From: Mobula hypostoma
Taxonomy: Eukaryota
Length of the DNA: 64,000 nucleotides
Assembly (NCBI RefSeq): GCF_963921235.1
Contig: NC_086097.1
Coordinates: forward strand, 146,694,001-146,758,000
Reading direction: 5' to 3'
The notes beneath the pieces are model-generated. The model was not told the DNA's origin. It did not search any database and worked only from the letters and a program-made list of their open reading frames with translations. The position numbers and the translations under genes are program-made. Each line of letters begins with the position of its first letter. The stretch's first letter is position 1. Below are positions 25,682 through 37,904 of this stretch, piece by piece.

Positions 25682-25975
25682 ATTTATTTACTGACACAGT
25701 GTGAAGTAGGCCCTTCCTGCGCATTGGGCCACACCACCCCAACAACCCCTGACACATCTGATGAAAGCTTACCCAATCACGGGACAATTTACAATGGACA
25801 CTTAACCTACCTGGCACTTCTTTATGAATGTGGAAGGAAAACGGAGGACATGGACAAAGCTCACGCATTCCATGCCGAGGACCTACAGAGACTCCCTGCA
25901 GAACGGCGCTGGAATTGAACTCTAAACGCTGGAACGCCCCGAGCTGTAATAGAGTCACAGTAACCTGTGGCGCCC
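25682..25975 (-). mobile_element. tRNA-derived SINE (HE1/V-SINE-like)
   Basis: Minus strand has a B-box-like gagttcaattcc and a V-core-like ctccgttttccttccacattc; A-rich tail; related copy at 57590-57865. Confidence 0.75.
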
Positions 25976-26149
25976 AAGTAACACATTGGGTTTTTGTTGC
26001 TCTCTGTGCCGTCTGGGAAGTAGTGGTCCACCTACTTCAAGTGGAACCTGAGTGCTGGGGCCTTCATGTACTCCCATCCCAAAGCTGTGTGCAAGATTCT
26101 CAGCAGTGCATAGTAGTGTCCTGGTTAGTGGCCTGTGAGCCTGTGGTCA

Positions 26150-26800
26150 CAATAGTTGTCACACTTAGTAGTGTTATAATATGGAAGACTAATGAATTAA
26201 TGTTGCATAAGGACACACATGGTTGTGTAATACATTGATCGAATGTTTGGTGTCTGACTTGTACAGGAACTTTAATGTATTGAGCCATTTTTAAGTCTTG
26301 TGCGTCATTGGATGTTGGCTGGAAAATACCATTGGTTTCAAACACAAAGATATCTGGGAAGTTGGCTTGTCACTGGAGCAGAGTATCATGACATTAGCTG
26401 TTAGGTTACATTTTAGACATAAAGATTATATTTTATGATTGCACACCAGCTGTGTGCTGATGGAGTCGAAGCCCTTACCATTGACGAACACTCTTGGCTG
26501 ATCCAGGGTGCCTTAATTGCCACATGCATTCAGCTAATGATTTCCTGTGTCTGCGGGAAACTGGAGTCACAAATAAGTTGTTTGCTCATTCCACCCAATG
26601 CCATTGAAGAAACAGTTGTCACTGTTACCAACCTTGGCAAAGAAGTCAACAATTATTCTCCTTGCACAGCTGTGTTCTGATGATGGTGAAAACAGTCTTT
26701 AAGCAGAGCCATGCCAGGGTTCGTCGATAAAAATGCTGATGCTGTCGTTGACTTTAACAATTACTGGAAGAGTATGGCTATCAGGATCAGTTACTAACAG
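26150..26800 (-). mobile_element. PIF/Harbinger DDE transposase fossil
   Basis: Minus-strand frameshifted translation: LPVIVKV, FPQTQEII*MHVAIKAP, FVNGKGFDSISTQLVCNH, HD, LCN, matching Harbinger motifs (FP..QGAID.THV.IKAP, FVNRKG.HS.N.Q.VC, HD, LHN). Confidence 0.75.
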
Positions 26801-29323
26801 GACTAGATCCATTAAGCTGCAAAAACTGTCTAATTTACAACCTTGAGCCACTCCATTCTAATTAACTGTGACTTATACTCAAAGTGCAGAGTGCAGAGTG
26901 CTTATGTTGGGTAAGTCCTCATGAAATTTCTGCTTCTTATCTGCTCGGTGAGCAACACATTGCTACTCCTGGAGTTTACTCCCTCTGCTGCTACTTTAGG
27001 TCCGGCTGACTCTGGTAGTCTACATGGTACTCATCTGAAGCTCCAATTAATTGGCATCCTTGCTTATCTGAAAACTTGAAACTAATGAACCTCCAAGCAG
27101 TAGAAGACACCTCCAATATGTAAAAATTCACTTTACATAACACTGCAAATAAATCCTTGCATGCAAACAAGTAATAAAATAACTATGAACATCAAACTAC
27201 CATGTTACCAATTGCTTCAATTTCCACTGTTTTTGGGCCTTATTTTCCTCAGGAAAATTTCCTCATGGGTCTGTGATCCGCGGACACGAAATTATATTGC
27301 AAATAAACTTGCTGAGCTGAAGTTTATTTCCTAGGGCTGTTAATCGACCTAAGTGTAATGAGGAGATCAGCAAGTTCAAACCAACGTCTCCCTTTCCTCT
27401 CTCCTCTCCCCTCAGGATGCAAGCCCACTTTTCATTTATGTTAGATTTCAACACTTTTAGTCAGATAATATATTTCCTTTAACATCTCCACAACTAGTGT
27501 TGAAATGACAGATCAGTTATATAACTCTTTCTACCTCGCTTTCCAGGTAAGTGAGTGACATTTGCAAATTCCCAAACCAATCATATAATCTGTGAATCTG
27601 GAAATGTTTGTGAAAGTCCAAATAGTGTAGTATCTCATCTATTTCATCTTTTAATACTCTGAGGGAACAAGTCAGGTCTTCAAAACTTATGTCTTATCAC
27701 TTTTCCATCAATCTAAGCTACTGGTGAGGCAACGTACACTTAAGTGATTATGAACTGCAAGAGGTTAATCAGAGATAAGAACTGGAGGTGACATTAAAAA
27801 AAATTTGCAATTTGTTACAATCAGAATACAGTACTATGATTGTTAGTTCCCAGAAAGGCATTGCCTTGATTGTAAAATTCTCAGTTTCATTACCAAAACG
27901 TCTATTTGATGGTTGAATCTTCCATACCAGGATACTTTAAAAGTCGTTCTCCTGTTTATCTTGCATGAAACATCTAGACGTACTGCCTGTATCATATTTA
28001 TATTTTTCTCTTTCTGTTTTCTTAGCATCTGTAAGATTAATTGCCTTACCACCTACAGCTACATTTTATCTTTCAAGGGCAGCAACATTTCTAAACGTTA
28101 CTGCTTGACCAACTGTCTTTCTGCCCTTTAAGTTACTCTTTAGCCCTTTTCTTGGTCATCTTGTCTGACACCTTGTCATCTACCTAAAATGTTGTGAAAT
28201 TTTGCTTCCTGAAAGCAGCTTTGGCCATTTTCTTATTTTAACTTTGTCAAATAACTATGAATTCCTAATGTTGATGATCCAGAAATCACAGTGAAAGAGA
28301 ATTGGGTATAAATTATAATAAATTAAAAGGGAACTGGATAAATAGTGTATTTGAAAAAAATTAGAGTTATGGAGAGAAAGAAACAACATAGTTGTAATAT
28401 TTGTCTTTTGTGTCTTTCAAAAAGGTGACCCAGGTAAAATGGGCCAAAGAGCTTCCCTCTGTGTTACACCATGCAAGGATTCCACAAAGTATTCTGCTGA
28501 AGCATGGAGCAATTTTGGCAATGCAATCTCTTATCATTCTGATAAATGGTGCATTTATTTTAAGCGAAGGTCTCATTCATATGCTACAAAGACTTATTCA
28601 TCATTGTTTACAATGAGCAGCTTGATTAATATGTTCCATCGTCCTTGCAAATTGTCAAAATATAAAATTAAAACATGGTCCAATGTTGCATTTAGAATGA
28701 ATATTGTAGTGTGATTTAGGTGGAAAAAAGGATGAGAAAATTTTGAATGTGCAATGTATCCTTGAGTGTTTTTGTCAGTTAGCTCTTTATAGCAACATGT
28801 ACTGAGTAAACTACTTGTAGGTAGGGTCTCTGTGCAAGTACTTTTTGGATGTACTAGTACTAAGGATGGCCCAACAAGTCTCATGTTTCTGATTCCTGAA
28901 AATAAGCATTACTATTCACTATTTGTCTAAACCTACGAAGCAGAATGCTCCAGGTTTGAAGGAGAGACAAGAGATTACAGATGCTGGAATCTGCAGCAAC
29001 AAATAATTTTCTAGAAGATTTTGATGCAGAGTTTCAACCTGAAAGGTGCACAATCCTTTCCTATTGTAGGAGCCTCGTATCTATTTTGTGTTGTGCATTT
29101 ATTATGGGTAATTTGTCACATGGGTTGGGGCGTGGGAGAAGTAAAGAGTATAGTTACATATTCATTCTTTGTTTTTAGTTCAGTCTTAGTCTGGTTAGAG
29201 TAGGGAGTGAGTTGGGGGATGTTTTTTCGTTGAACGTTTAAGAACGCTTGACATTTAAATTTGATAATGCTTAAGTACATTTGAATATGCTTAGACTACG
29301 TATCTCGTTACATCACTTGTTTT

Positions 29324-31838
29324 TGTCATGATCTGGTCCGTGAAGGTCGCATTCCAGTTCATTGTCGGGTCCATCAATCCTTGTTCTGGGTTTTCCTGTT
29401 TTCTCCCTTGTTCTGTTGGGTGCCTTAATTGAGGCACCTGATTCTCATTTCGGGCTGGCACATAAATACCTCTGCAAACCAGGGATTGTTTCTGGAATGT
29501 TCCCTCCCCTTCCTTTTCAAAACTTCGCCTGAAATCTTCACCTGCAACCTCGTCAGTATCCCCGTCAAGTTCAACCGCCGGAGTGAGACTGGAGCCTTGC
29601 CACGCCAAGATAAGGAACTATCTATTGTTGAGTTGGAACTATCTCTTTGGGTCCCCGTGTTTAGTGTTCATGTCAAAGAAGAGTCCCGGCCCTAGGTCTT
29701 GTTCCCTTGGAGGGGTCCTGACTCTATGTAAAGCCCCGGCCCTAAGTCCTGTTCCCAAGCAGGGGTGATGGCTCTGTGTTCTGTGTTCCTGTGTTTCAAG
29801 TTCATGGTGCTGTGTTCCAGTCCTGTCCAACTCAAGGCTTCGTGTTCTCGTCCAGTCCAGGAGTCCCTCGGCAGTCATCCCGGCCCCGCTGGAGATTCCT
29901 CACCCAGCCCAGGAGTACCTCTCTTGTCCTGTGCTGGAGTTACTTCGTCCTGTCCAGGCCACGTCCAAGAAGCCCGTCCTGTCCAGGCCACGTCGAAGAA
30001 GCTCGTCCTGTCCAAGCCACGTCAAAGAATCTCGTCCTGTCCAAACCACGTCCAAGAACCTTGTCCTGTCCAAATCATGTCCAAGAACCTCGTCCAGTCC
30101 AAGCCAAGGTTTTGTGTTCTCGTCCTGTCTATGTGCCTCGTCCTGTGCAGGAGTTCCATGTCCTGTCCTTGGCAAAATCCTAGTCCCAGCCTAGACCCGG
30201 GTTCCGATTCTGAGTCCCAACCAAAACCCAGGTTCCAGGTCCTTGTCCAGGCTCTGCTTCCAGAGTTCTGTGTTCCTAGTCCAGGTTCCTCGTTCCTAGT
30301 TCCCCGTCCGGGTCCCATGTTTCTAATCCAAGTCCTATCCCAGGCCCTGAACCCTAGTCTCGTCCAGGGCCTGTGTCAATGTCCAGCGTCGTTTCTTCCA
30401 TTGCGTTCTTGACAAAACTAGTCCTGTTCCTAGTACCTTAGTGTCTATTTCTTGCATTTGGGTCCACCTTCAGTGTCCACTTAAGACAGAACAGTCCAGT
30501 CAGGCATGGACCCAACAACACAGACACTGTTGTATTACTCTTGCCATCCTGGGTTCCCTCCTGTTGAATGCCCCGTGTTGTCCATAGTCTAGGGAAGCCT
30601 TTTGGGTTGCCAGGAGGCTCCCATAGAGGGGGGCGGGGGTGATACTGTCATGGTCCGGTCCATGAACTCCGTATTCTGGTTCACTGTCAGGTCCATCGAT
30701 CCTTGTTCCGGGTTTTCCTGTTTTCTCCCTTGTTCTGTTGGGTGCCTTAATTGAGACACCTGATTCTCATTTTGGGCTGGCACATAAATACCTCTGCAAA
30801 TGAGGGATTGTTTCTGGACTGTTCCCTCCCCTTCCTTCTGAAACCTTTGCCTGAAACCTTGTCAGTATTCCCGTCAAGTTCAACCGCCTGAGTGAGACTG
30901 GAGCCTTGCCACACCAAGATAAGGAACTATCTATTGTTGAGTTGGAACTATCTCTTTGTGTCCCCGTGTTTAGTGTTCGTATCAAAGAAGAGTCCCGGCC
31001 CTAGGTCCTGTTCCTTTGGAGGGTCTTGACTCTGTGTAAAGCCCCGGCCTTAAGTCCTGATCCCAAGGAGGAGTCCCTGTTCTGTGTTCTGTGTTTATGG
31101 CACCGTGTTCCAGTCCTGTCCAACTCAAGGCTTAGTGTTCTCGTCCAGTCCAGGAGTCCCTCGTTCAGTCCACCTCGGCAAGTGTCCTCGGCAAGTATCC
31201 TTGGCAGTCATCCTGGTCCTGTGTCCTAGAAAGGGTCCTGGCCCTGCGCTCCAAGGAGGAGTCCCACCTCTGTACCCAAGGGCCTAACTGAGCCGAGCTA
31301 AATCTAGTCCAAGAGCCACGTCCTGTGCTGGAGATTCCTCACCCAGCCCAGGAGTACCTCCCTCGTCCTGTGCTGGAGTTACCTCATCCTGTCCAAGCCA
31401 CGTCCAGGAACCTTGTCCTGTCCAAGCCACATCCCAGAACCTCGTCCAGTCCAAGCCACTCGTCCTGTTCTCGTCCTGTCCATGTGCCTTGTCCTGTCCT
31501 GTAGCCACGTCCTGTCCTTACCAAGATCCTAGTCCCGAGTCCTAGGCGAGACCTGGGTTCCGGTTCCGAGTCAAGACCCAGGTTCCGGGTCCTTGTGCAG
31601 GCTCTGGTTCCGGAGTTCCGTGTTCCTCATCTAGGTTCCTCGTTCCTAGTTCTCCGTCTAGGTCCCGAGTTTCTAGTCCAAGTCCTAGCCCAGGCCCTGA
31701 ATCCTAGTCTTGTCCAGGGCCTGTGTCAATGTCCAGCGTCATATCTTCCTTTGCTTTCTTGACAAACCTAGTCCTGTTCCTAGTACTTCAGTGTCTGTGT
31801 CTTGCATTTGGGTCTGCCTTCAGCGCCCCCTTATGACA
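29324..31838 (+). mobile_element. Non-autonomous two-LTR retroelement (Gypsy, Tf1/sushi-like) with 157-bp internal region
   Basis: LTR1 29324-30488 and LTR2 30646-31838, both TG...CA; 5-bp TSD GTTTT at 29319-29323 and 31839-31843; polypurine tract agaggggggcggggg just before LTR2; internal region starts gaacagtccagtcaggcATGGACCC. Confidence 0.93.
29945..30105 (+). repeat. ~29-bp minisatellite inside LTR1
   Basis: About 5-6 units of cgtcctgtccaagccacgtccaagaacct; about 2-3 units in LTR2 (~31385-31460). Confidence 0.9.
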
Positions 31839-33490
31839 GTTTTAGTTTTGTTAGTATTTTTATTGCTAGAAGGTTGTTTGTCTTTGCTGGTTTCTGAATA
31901 AAGGAACAAACATACTTTCTTTGACTTAGAACTTAATTATTGTAACAAGTCATAACCTTCCGTGCCTGGTCTCTGAGTGGTTTTGGTTTGTCTTAAAGTA
32001 AACGTTACGCCTATCACAGAGGCTGTCCAACCTGCCGAGTTTCTCTGGTGGTTTGTTTGTTGCTGCAGTTTGACCAATGTTCTGTGCTCAGCTAGCTGAT
32101 TTAATGAAGTGTGGACTGGTTGTGAATAAGAAAATTACCAAGTATGCTCTCTCCTGACTCTCATCCCAGCCCGAAAGCATGAAGTCCACATAGACAGCAG
32201 TGGATTTGACTATGATGTTTGATGCTTTCCATGGCCTAACAGCTGATCAAGATTATCTAATTATATTTTGAATATGAGCTGGCTCAGGAAGAGTCAGCAG
32301 GATGAAATATTTGATATCTTTGTGCAGAGTCTTCACCTGCTGGGAGTGCACATCAGAAATCTGGGAGGTTTCCAGAATCCCCATTGTCTGTTCTCATTCC
32401 CATTTTATTTCATCAAAATATTATAATGAAATATTTCATAGATTAAATATTATAAACTTAGAAAGAGGAAATAAAATGGAATCTAGAAAAGCTCTTGCTT
32501 TGCTGCACTCCATGCTCGTGTCTGTTAAAGAAATTCAGGGTTTTATCAGTCTTTAATACTACATCTAATTGCACTGGTTACCAATTCAGGACACAATGAA
32601 TGTGAAGTGTTTATGGATAAGATGTTCCAACTTGAGGCAGATGTCAGCCAGTGACTCAGAGTGATTCTGGTAAAAATTTTCACGTAATAAAATATATTTC
32701 AGGGGTAAACTTTTTACCCATCCATATTCAGACTTGAGTATAATTTGCTGACTATTACAAAGATGAAGGGAAACTAGACTTTTGATGGATGTACAGCAGA
32801 ATTATGAATGCAGCAACATCGGGCAGCTTACAAAGATAAATATGGCTGCAAATCCATTCTTATCTTGAAGCTCAAGTTTCCATGGATACCACATCACCCC
32901 TCCACCCATCCATCACAACATTTAATTACTGTGTTCAAAAGGACAGTAGATCTGTAGAAGAGGCAGAATTGTATATGGCTGTGTTACTCTCTATGCTTCA
33001 ATATCCTTCGAATGTGGCATTTGAAATTAATGATTTTCCCTTCATTTTTTTCAATACAGTACCATACATTAGTGAGGGTTAGTATCTTTTTCAATAGAAT
33101 GCCAGCAAAGGCCTTTAAGATCATTTGCTTTCACATTTCAATGCATTATTTTCTTGATGATCCAGTTTTGCCACTGCTACCAGGGCTGCTTCCAAATCGA
33201 AGGCCTCAAGAAGCTAAAGGTAGCAGGTGACAGCTACACTTGACACATTTCCTCAGGTGTCGTCCTGACTTGCTGTATATTATCATTCCACCAAAGGTAT
33301 AGTGCCAAAAACTTGGACTTTGTGGACAAGTCTTCAACACACGGCAGTTCAAGAAAGCAACACATTGTCTGCTTGTGACTTATGACAAGGGAGCGATGAC
33401 AAGTAAATAAGCAAAATAAGACATGTGAAACTGTACCAAAAAGATGATTCCTATGACTATAAAGTATTCCACTGAACTATTCATCCAGAC

Positions 33491-33570
33491 CAGGGTTTCC
33501 CATTCCTGGGTCCATGGACCGCTGGCTTAATGGTATTGGTCAATGGCATAAAAAAGATTGGGAATCCCAG
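33491..33570. mobile_element. 80-bp hAT (Charlie-type) MITE
   Basis: Imperfect TIRs cagggtttccca...tgggaatcccag; 8-bp TSD atccagac/atctagac (33483-33490, 33571-33578) matching the NTCTAGAN preference. Confidence 0.75.
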
Positions 33571-34967
33571 ATCTAGACAATAAACTATTGTAGACATTGA
33601 ACTTGAACATTTAGGCAGTGACAGAGAATCACTAAATGAACTAATTGGCCCACATTGCAGACAATAAATTCCTAATGTGGAATCTGAAAGCCTAGTCACT
33701 ATAAGGGCTGAAGGTGATCCATCTATTTGCCGTGACATGTGAAATGTTGCCCCTATCTCGCTATCACTGTTCAGTGTAGTTTATGTTCTGCACTAGGATC
33801 ATCTAGAATAGAGGAAGGCCATTTTGTCCTTTGTGTTTGGGCTGGATTAAAGCAAGATTTGTCCAATTGATCAAGAACATAACCCACTCTTGCTCCGACT
33901 CTACTCAAAGATCTACAACTCTTTTCCTCTTCAAGAGTATCTCAGATATTCCTTTGAGATGTTGATATTGAATCAGCTTTCACTGCACTTTCAGTCTAGG
34001 TCATATAGCTTTTTATATTAAAGATCATTTCCATTTTGTACCTGGTTCCTTTGTTAATTATCTTCAATAAATGTCCTTTGTTATTAACTTTGCTTACTTA
34101 CTTGATCAAAACTCTGCAAAATTTTGAATAGCTTGTATTAAACTCACACCTAACCACTTCTGAAGAAAATAATTTATCTTCTTCACTATCATTTCTACTG
34201 TAGGAGGGCTCTTCTCACAAGCCCTTCATTTTTCCACTAGCGTGGATAGTTTTCCATTGAGTCTCAGTAACTGGAAAAGGACACAGCAGCCGATTAGTTT
34301 GGACCCTGATATCTGGCACTGGCTGCACCTCCAAGGTCTTTCTAATACCAAATTATTGCAACTCTTTGAGAGTAGTGGGAATTAATAGCAAAAATAATTA
34401 ATGGGGGATAGTACTCTAGCAGATTTAGCATGGAAAATTACAGAAGTATAAAGCATGCAATCTATTAAAATGATTATTTTAATTTCAAGACTTCATGAGT
34501 CATTGCTGCTTTTGTGTGTTAAATGGTATGTAGTGCCTACACAGAATATTAACATCTATCGTTCTTAATTGTCCCCACCATTATTCAATAACATGAGCCA
34601 TATGTTGCATCTTGTTATACTGACAGTTCAGTTAAGTGCTCTTTTGTTTTGCTTTTTAATTATCTTTTGCAAAGGATGTGCTGTAGCCCTATGCTTGGCT
34701 TGAACACCTAGTTCTTCCATTGGAAACAGCATTGAAATGAGGGTAGAAAAACACTTGCAGCAAACTCCAAGGAAAGAGTGGTGAAGAGAGAAAGGAAGTA
34801 ATGGTGCATTCATGCTTTGCTATAGGCATGATAGATTTAATGGCCTTCTCCTGTGCCTTATTATTCCAAGATTCCAACTCATCCAATGTTATCTAAGGCT
34901 ATATTATCATAAATAGATTATAATCTGTTTGTTACTCCAGATTATAATTTTCTATTGTTTCACTGTC

Positions 34968-35255
34968 CTGGTTAGTGCATCGTTTTACAGTGCCTGCCAT
35001 CACCATTTGGGGTTCAGTTACCACTGCTGCCTGAAAGGAGTTCGCACTTTCTCCCCATGTGGGTGGTGCAGTTTCTACCCCGCCCCCCCAACATTCCAAG
35101 ATGTACCCTTAGGGTTAGTGAATTGTGGGCATACTATGTTGGCACCAGAAATGTGGCAACACTTGTGGGTTGCCCAGCACAATACTCATTGATTTTATTT
35201 GATGCAATTGATTCATTTCACTGTATGTTTTGATGTACATGTGACAAATAATGCT
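34968..35255 (+). mobile_element. Decayed tRNA/V-SINE-like element
   Basis: ggggttcagttacc B-box remnant, aaggagttcgcactttctcccc, tail tttgatgtacatgtgacaaata; related pieces at 56160-56690 and 62370-62490. Confidence 0.6.
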
Positions 35256-35454
35256 ACTCTCTCTCTTAGCACATAACAAAATTCACAGAGTAACTAAGAA
35301 TGGAGAGATGTACATAGAGGGGAAATAAGTTGTGAATTTATATCTCTTTCCATAAGCAGAAAGCTTGTCATGGAATCATATAAATAATGGCACAAGACTC
35401 TATTTATTCCATTCTATTAGTGTTGGTTCCACAAAAAGGCTGTCTATTGTAATT

Positions 35455-37692
35455 CAACCATCTTGACTTCAGCACTCCTCCTTCCTCCTCCAGCCTTACC
35501 CCCTGTGAATGCACTGCCCTCCACTCTCTCCACATTAATCCCAACCTTGCTATCAAACCTGCAGACAAAGGTAGTGCTGTAGTAGTGTGGCACACTGACA
35601 TCTACCCTGCTGAGGCCAGGTGGCAATTCTCAAACACCACCACAAAGAGGGCCCCACTCCAGACCATCAGAAAACTGCTTCCGACACCATCGCTCACCTC
35701 ATCCGCTCTGGAGAACTTATATGCACTACCTCCAAAATTATTGCTCCCTTACCCCACACTGCTTGCTTCTACCTCCTACCCAAGATCCACAAACCAGACT
35801 GTATGGGTAGGCCTATTGTCTCTACCTGTTCTGCCCCACTGAATTCGTGTCCCCATATCTCGATTCCATTCTATCCACCTTGGTTCAGTCCTTTCCCACC
35901 TACATCCATTAAACTTCTTATGCCTTCCATCTCCTCAGTAACTTTTAATTCCCTGGCCCTGAGTGCCTCATCTACACCATGAATGTTCAGTCCCTAAACA
36001 TTTCTATCCCCCATCAAGAAGGCCTCAAAGCTCTCTGCTTCTTTCTTGACCAAAGAACCAACCAATCCACCTTCACTACCACTCCCCTCCGTCTAGCAGA
36101 AATGGTCCTCACAAAGAAGAGAAAACCTGCAGGTGCTGGAAATCAAAGCAACATACACAAAATGCTGGATGAACTCAGCAGGTCCGGCAGCATCTATGGA
36201 AAAGAGTAAACAGCTGATGTTTCAAGCCAAGACTCTTCATCAGGTCCTCACCTTGAACTGTTTTTCCTTTGGCTCCTTCCACCTTCTCCATACTCGAGGG
36301 GAAGCTACATAGAACAGTCCATGTTCTAAGCCTTCCCTGATTATACAATCAAACTCTTTCTCTGCTGCAATTTCACCAACCTCGCCTCTAACTTCCACCC
36401 TGCCCTTAAATGCACTTGGTCTATTTCTGACACCTCCTTCCCCTTTTTCAATCTTTCTGTCTCCACCTCTGAAGACAAACTGTCAGCTGATATCTTTGAT
36501 GAACCAACTGATTCCTACAGTTATTTCAACTGCACCTCTTTCCATCAAATCTCCTGTAAAGATGTGATTCCCTTTTCTCAGTTTCTTCACCTCTGCTGTA
36601 TCTGTTCCCAGGACTTGCCTTTCCAGAACATCAGAAGTGTCCTCCTCCTTTGTAGAATGGGATTTTTCTCTCTTCACTATTGATGCTGCTCTTACCTGAA
36701 TCTCTTCTATTTCCCGTACATCCGTGCTCACCCCATTTTCCCACTGCTTTAACAGTGATAGAGTTCCTACCACCCCATCAACCTCCGCATCCAATACATT
36801 ATCCTCCACAACTTCCACCATCTCCATAGGGATCCTACCTCCAAACATATCTTTACCTCCCCCCTCCTCTTTAAGCAGGGATCACTCCCTCTGCGATTCC
36901 CTTGTCCATTAGTCCCTCCCTACTAATCCCCCTCCAGGCACTCATCCCTGCAAGCATCCTAAGTGCTACACCTGCCCCTACTCCTCCCTCACCTCCATTC
37001 AGTGCCCCAAACAGTCCTTCCAGGTGAGGCAATATTTCACTTGCAAATCTGCTGGGGTTTTCTATTGTGTCTGGTGCTCCTGATTTGGCCTCCTCTTCAT
37101 TGGTGAGACCCGTCGTAAATTGGGTGACCGCTTCATTGAGCATCTTCATAGCGTCTGCCACAAGTGGGACTTCCTGGTGGCCAAAGATTTTAATTTCACT
37201 TCCCTTTCCTGTTCCGACATGTCGGTCTATGGCCTCCTCTTGTGCCAAGATGAGGCCTCCCTCAGAGTGTAGGAGCAACACTTTATATATAATCTGGTTA
37301 GCTCCATCCTGATGGCATGAATATCAATTTCACCTTCCATTAAACAAATTTCTCCCCTACTCCTGCTCTATTCCCCATTCTAACCTATGACCTCTCCTCA
37401 GCTGCCCCTGAGATTCCCCCTCCTTCCCTTTCTCCTATGGTCCACTCTCCTGTCCTATCAGATTCCTTCTTTTTCATCCCTTGACCTTTCTCACCCACCT
37501 GGCTGCAGCTATCAGCTAGCCTCCAACCTTTTTACTCTGGCATCTTCCCCCTTCCTTCTCAGTCCTGCAAAAGGGTCTCAGCCTGAAATATCAACTGTCT
37601 GTTCATTTCCATAGATACTTCCTGACCTGCTCAATTCCTCCAGCATCTTGCATATGTTACTTTGGATTTCCAGCATCTGCAGACTTTCTCGT
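35455..37692 (+). mobile_element. Penelope-like element (RT + GIY-YIG + pLTR), decayed
   Basis: IKPADKGSAVVV (~35552-35587), FYLLPKIHKPDCMGRPIVS, NVQSLNISIPH; GIY-YIG region vfycvwc...figetrrklgdrfiehl (~37055-37146); pLTR ~37560-37692. Confidence 0.92.
36112..36245 (-). mobile_element. Solo pLTR inserted antisense in the Penelope RT
   Basis: gaaaacctgcaggtgctggaaatc...cttcatcagg, flanked by ggtcctcac on both sides (~36104-36112 and ~36243-36251). Confidence 0.8.
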
Positions 37693-37904
37693 ATTTACTA
37701 TTGTAACTATATTTTCTTAGTCATTTACTCAGTGTTATCCAAAAAGTCTTTTTTTGTTGGCATGGCTATTTAAAAAAAAGGCAGTGCTGGATGACCAGCA
37801 TTTATGAACATGACCATTTGAGCCAAGCGGAGATATTAGCCTACATCAGCAAACCGTGAAATTCTGTTACTCGAGGCTTGAGATATTTGAAACTAAATTA
37901 GAAA

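Noticed and set aside
29765..30412. Long overlapping ORFs (215, 135, 98 aa) and a regularly spaced ~29-bp repeat that could suggest a gene or CRISPR array
   Set aside because: The units are adjacent with no unique spacers, there are no cas genes, and the context is eukaryotic. The ORFs arise from a stop-poor minisatellite inside an LTR.
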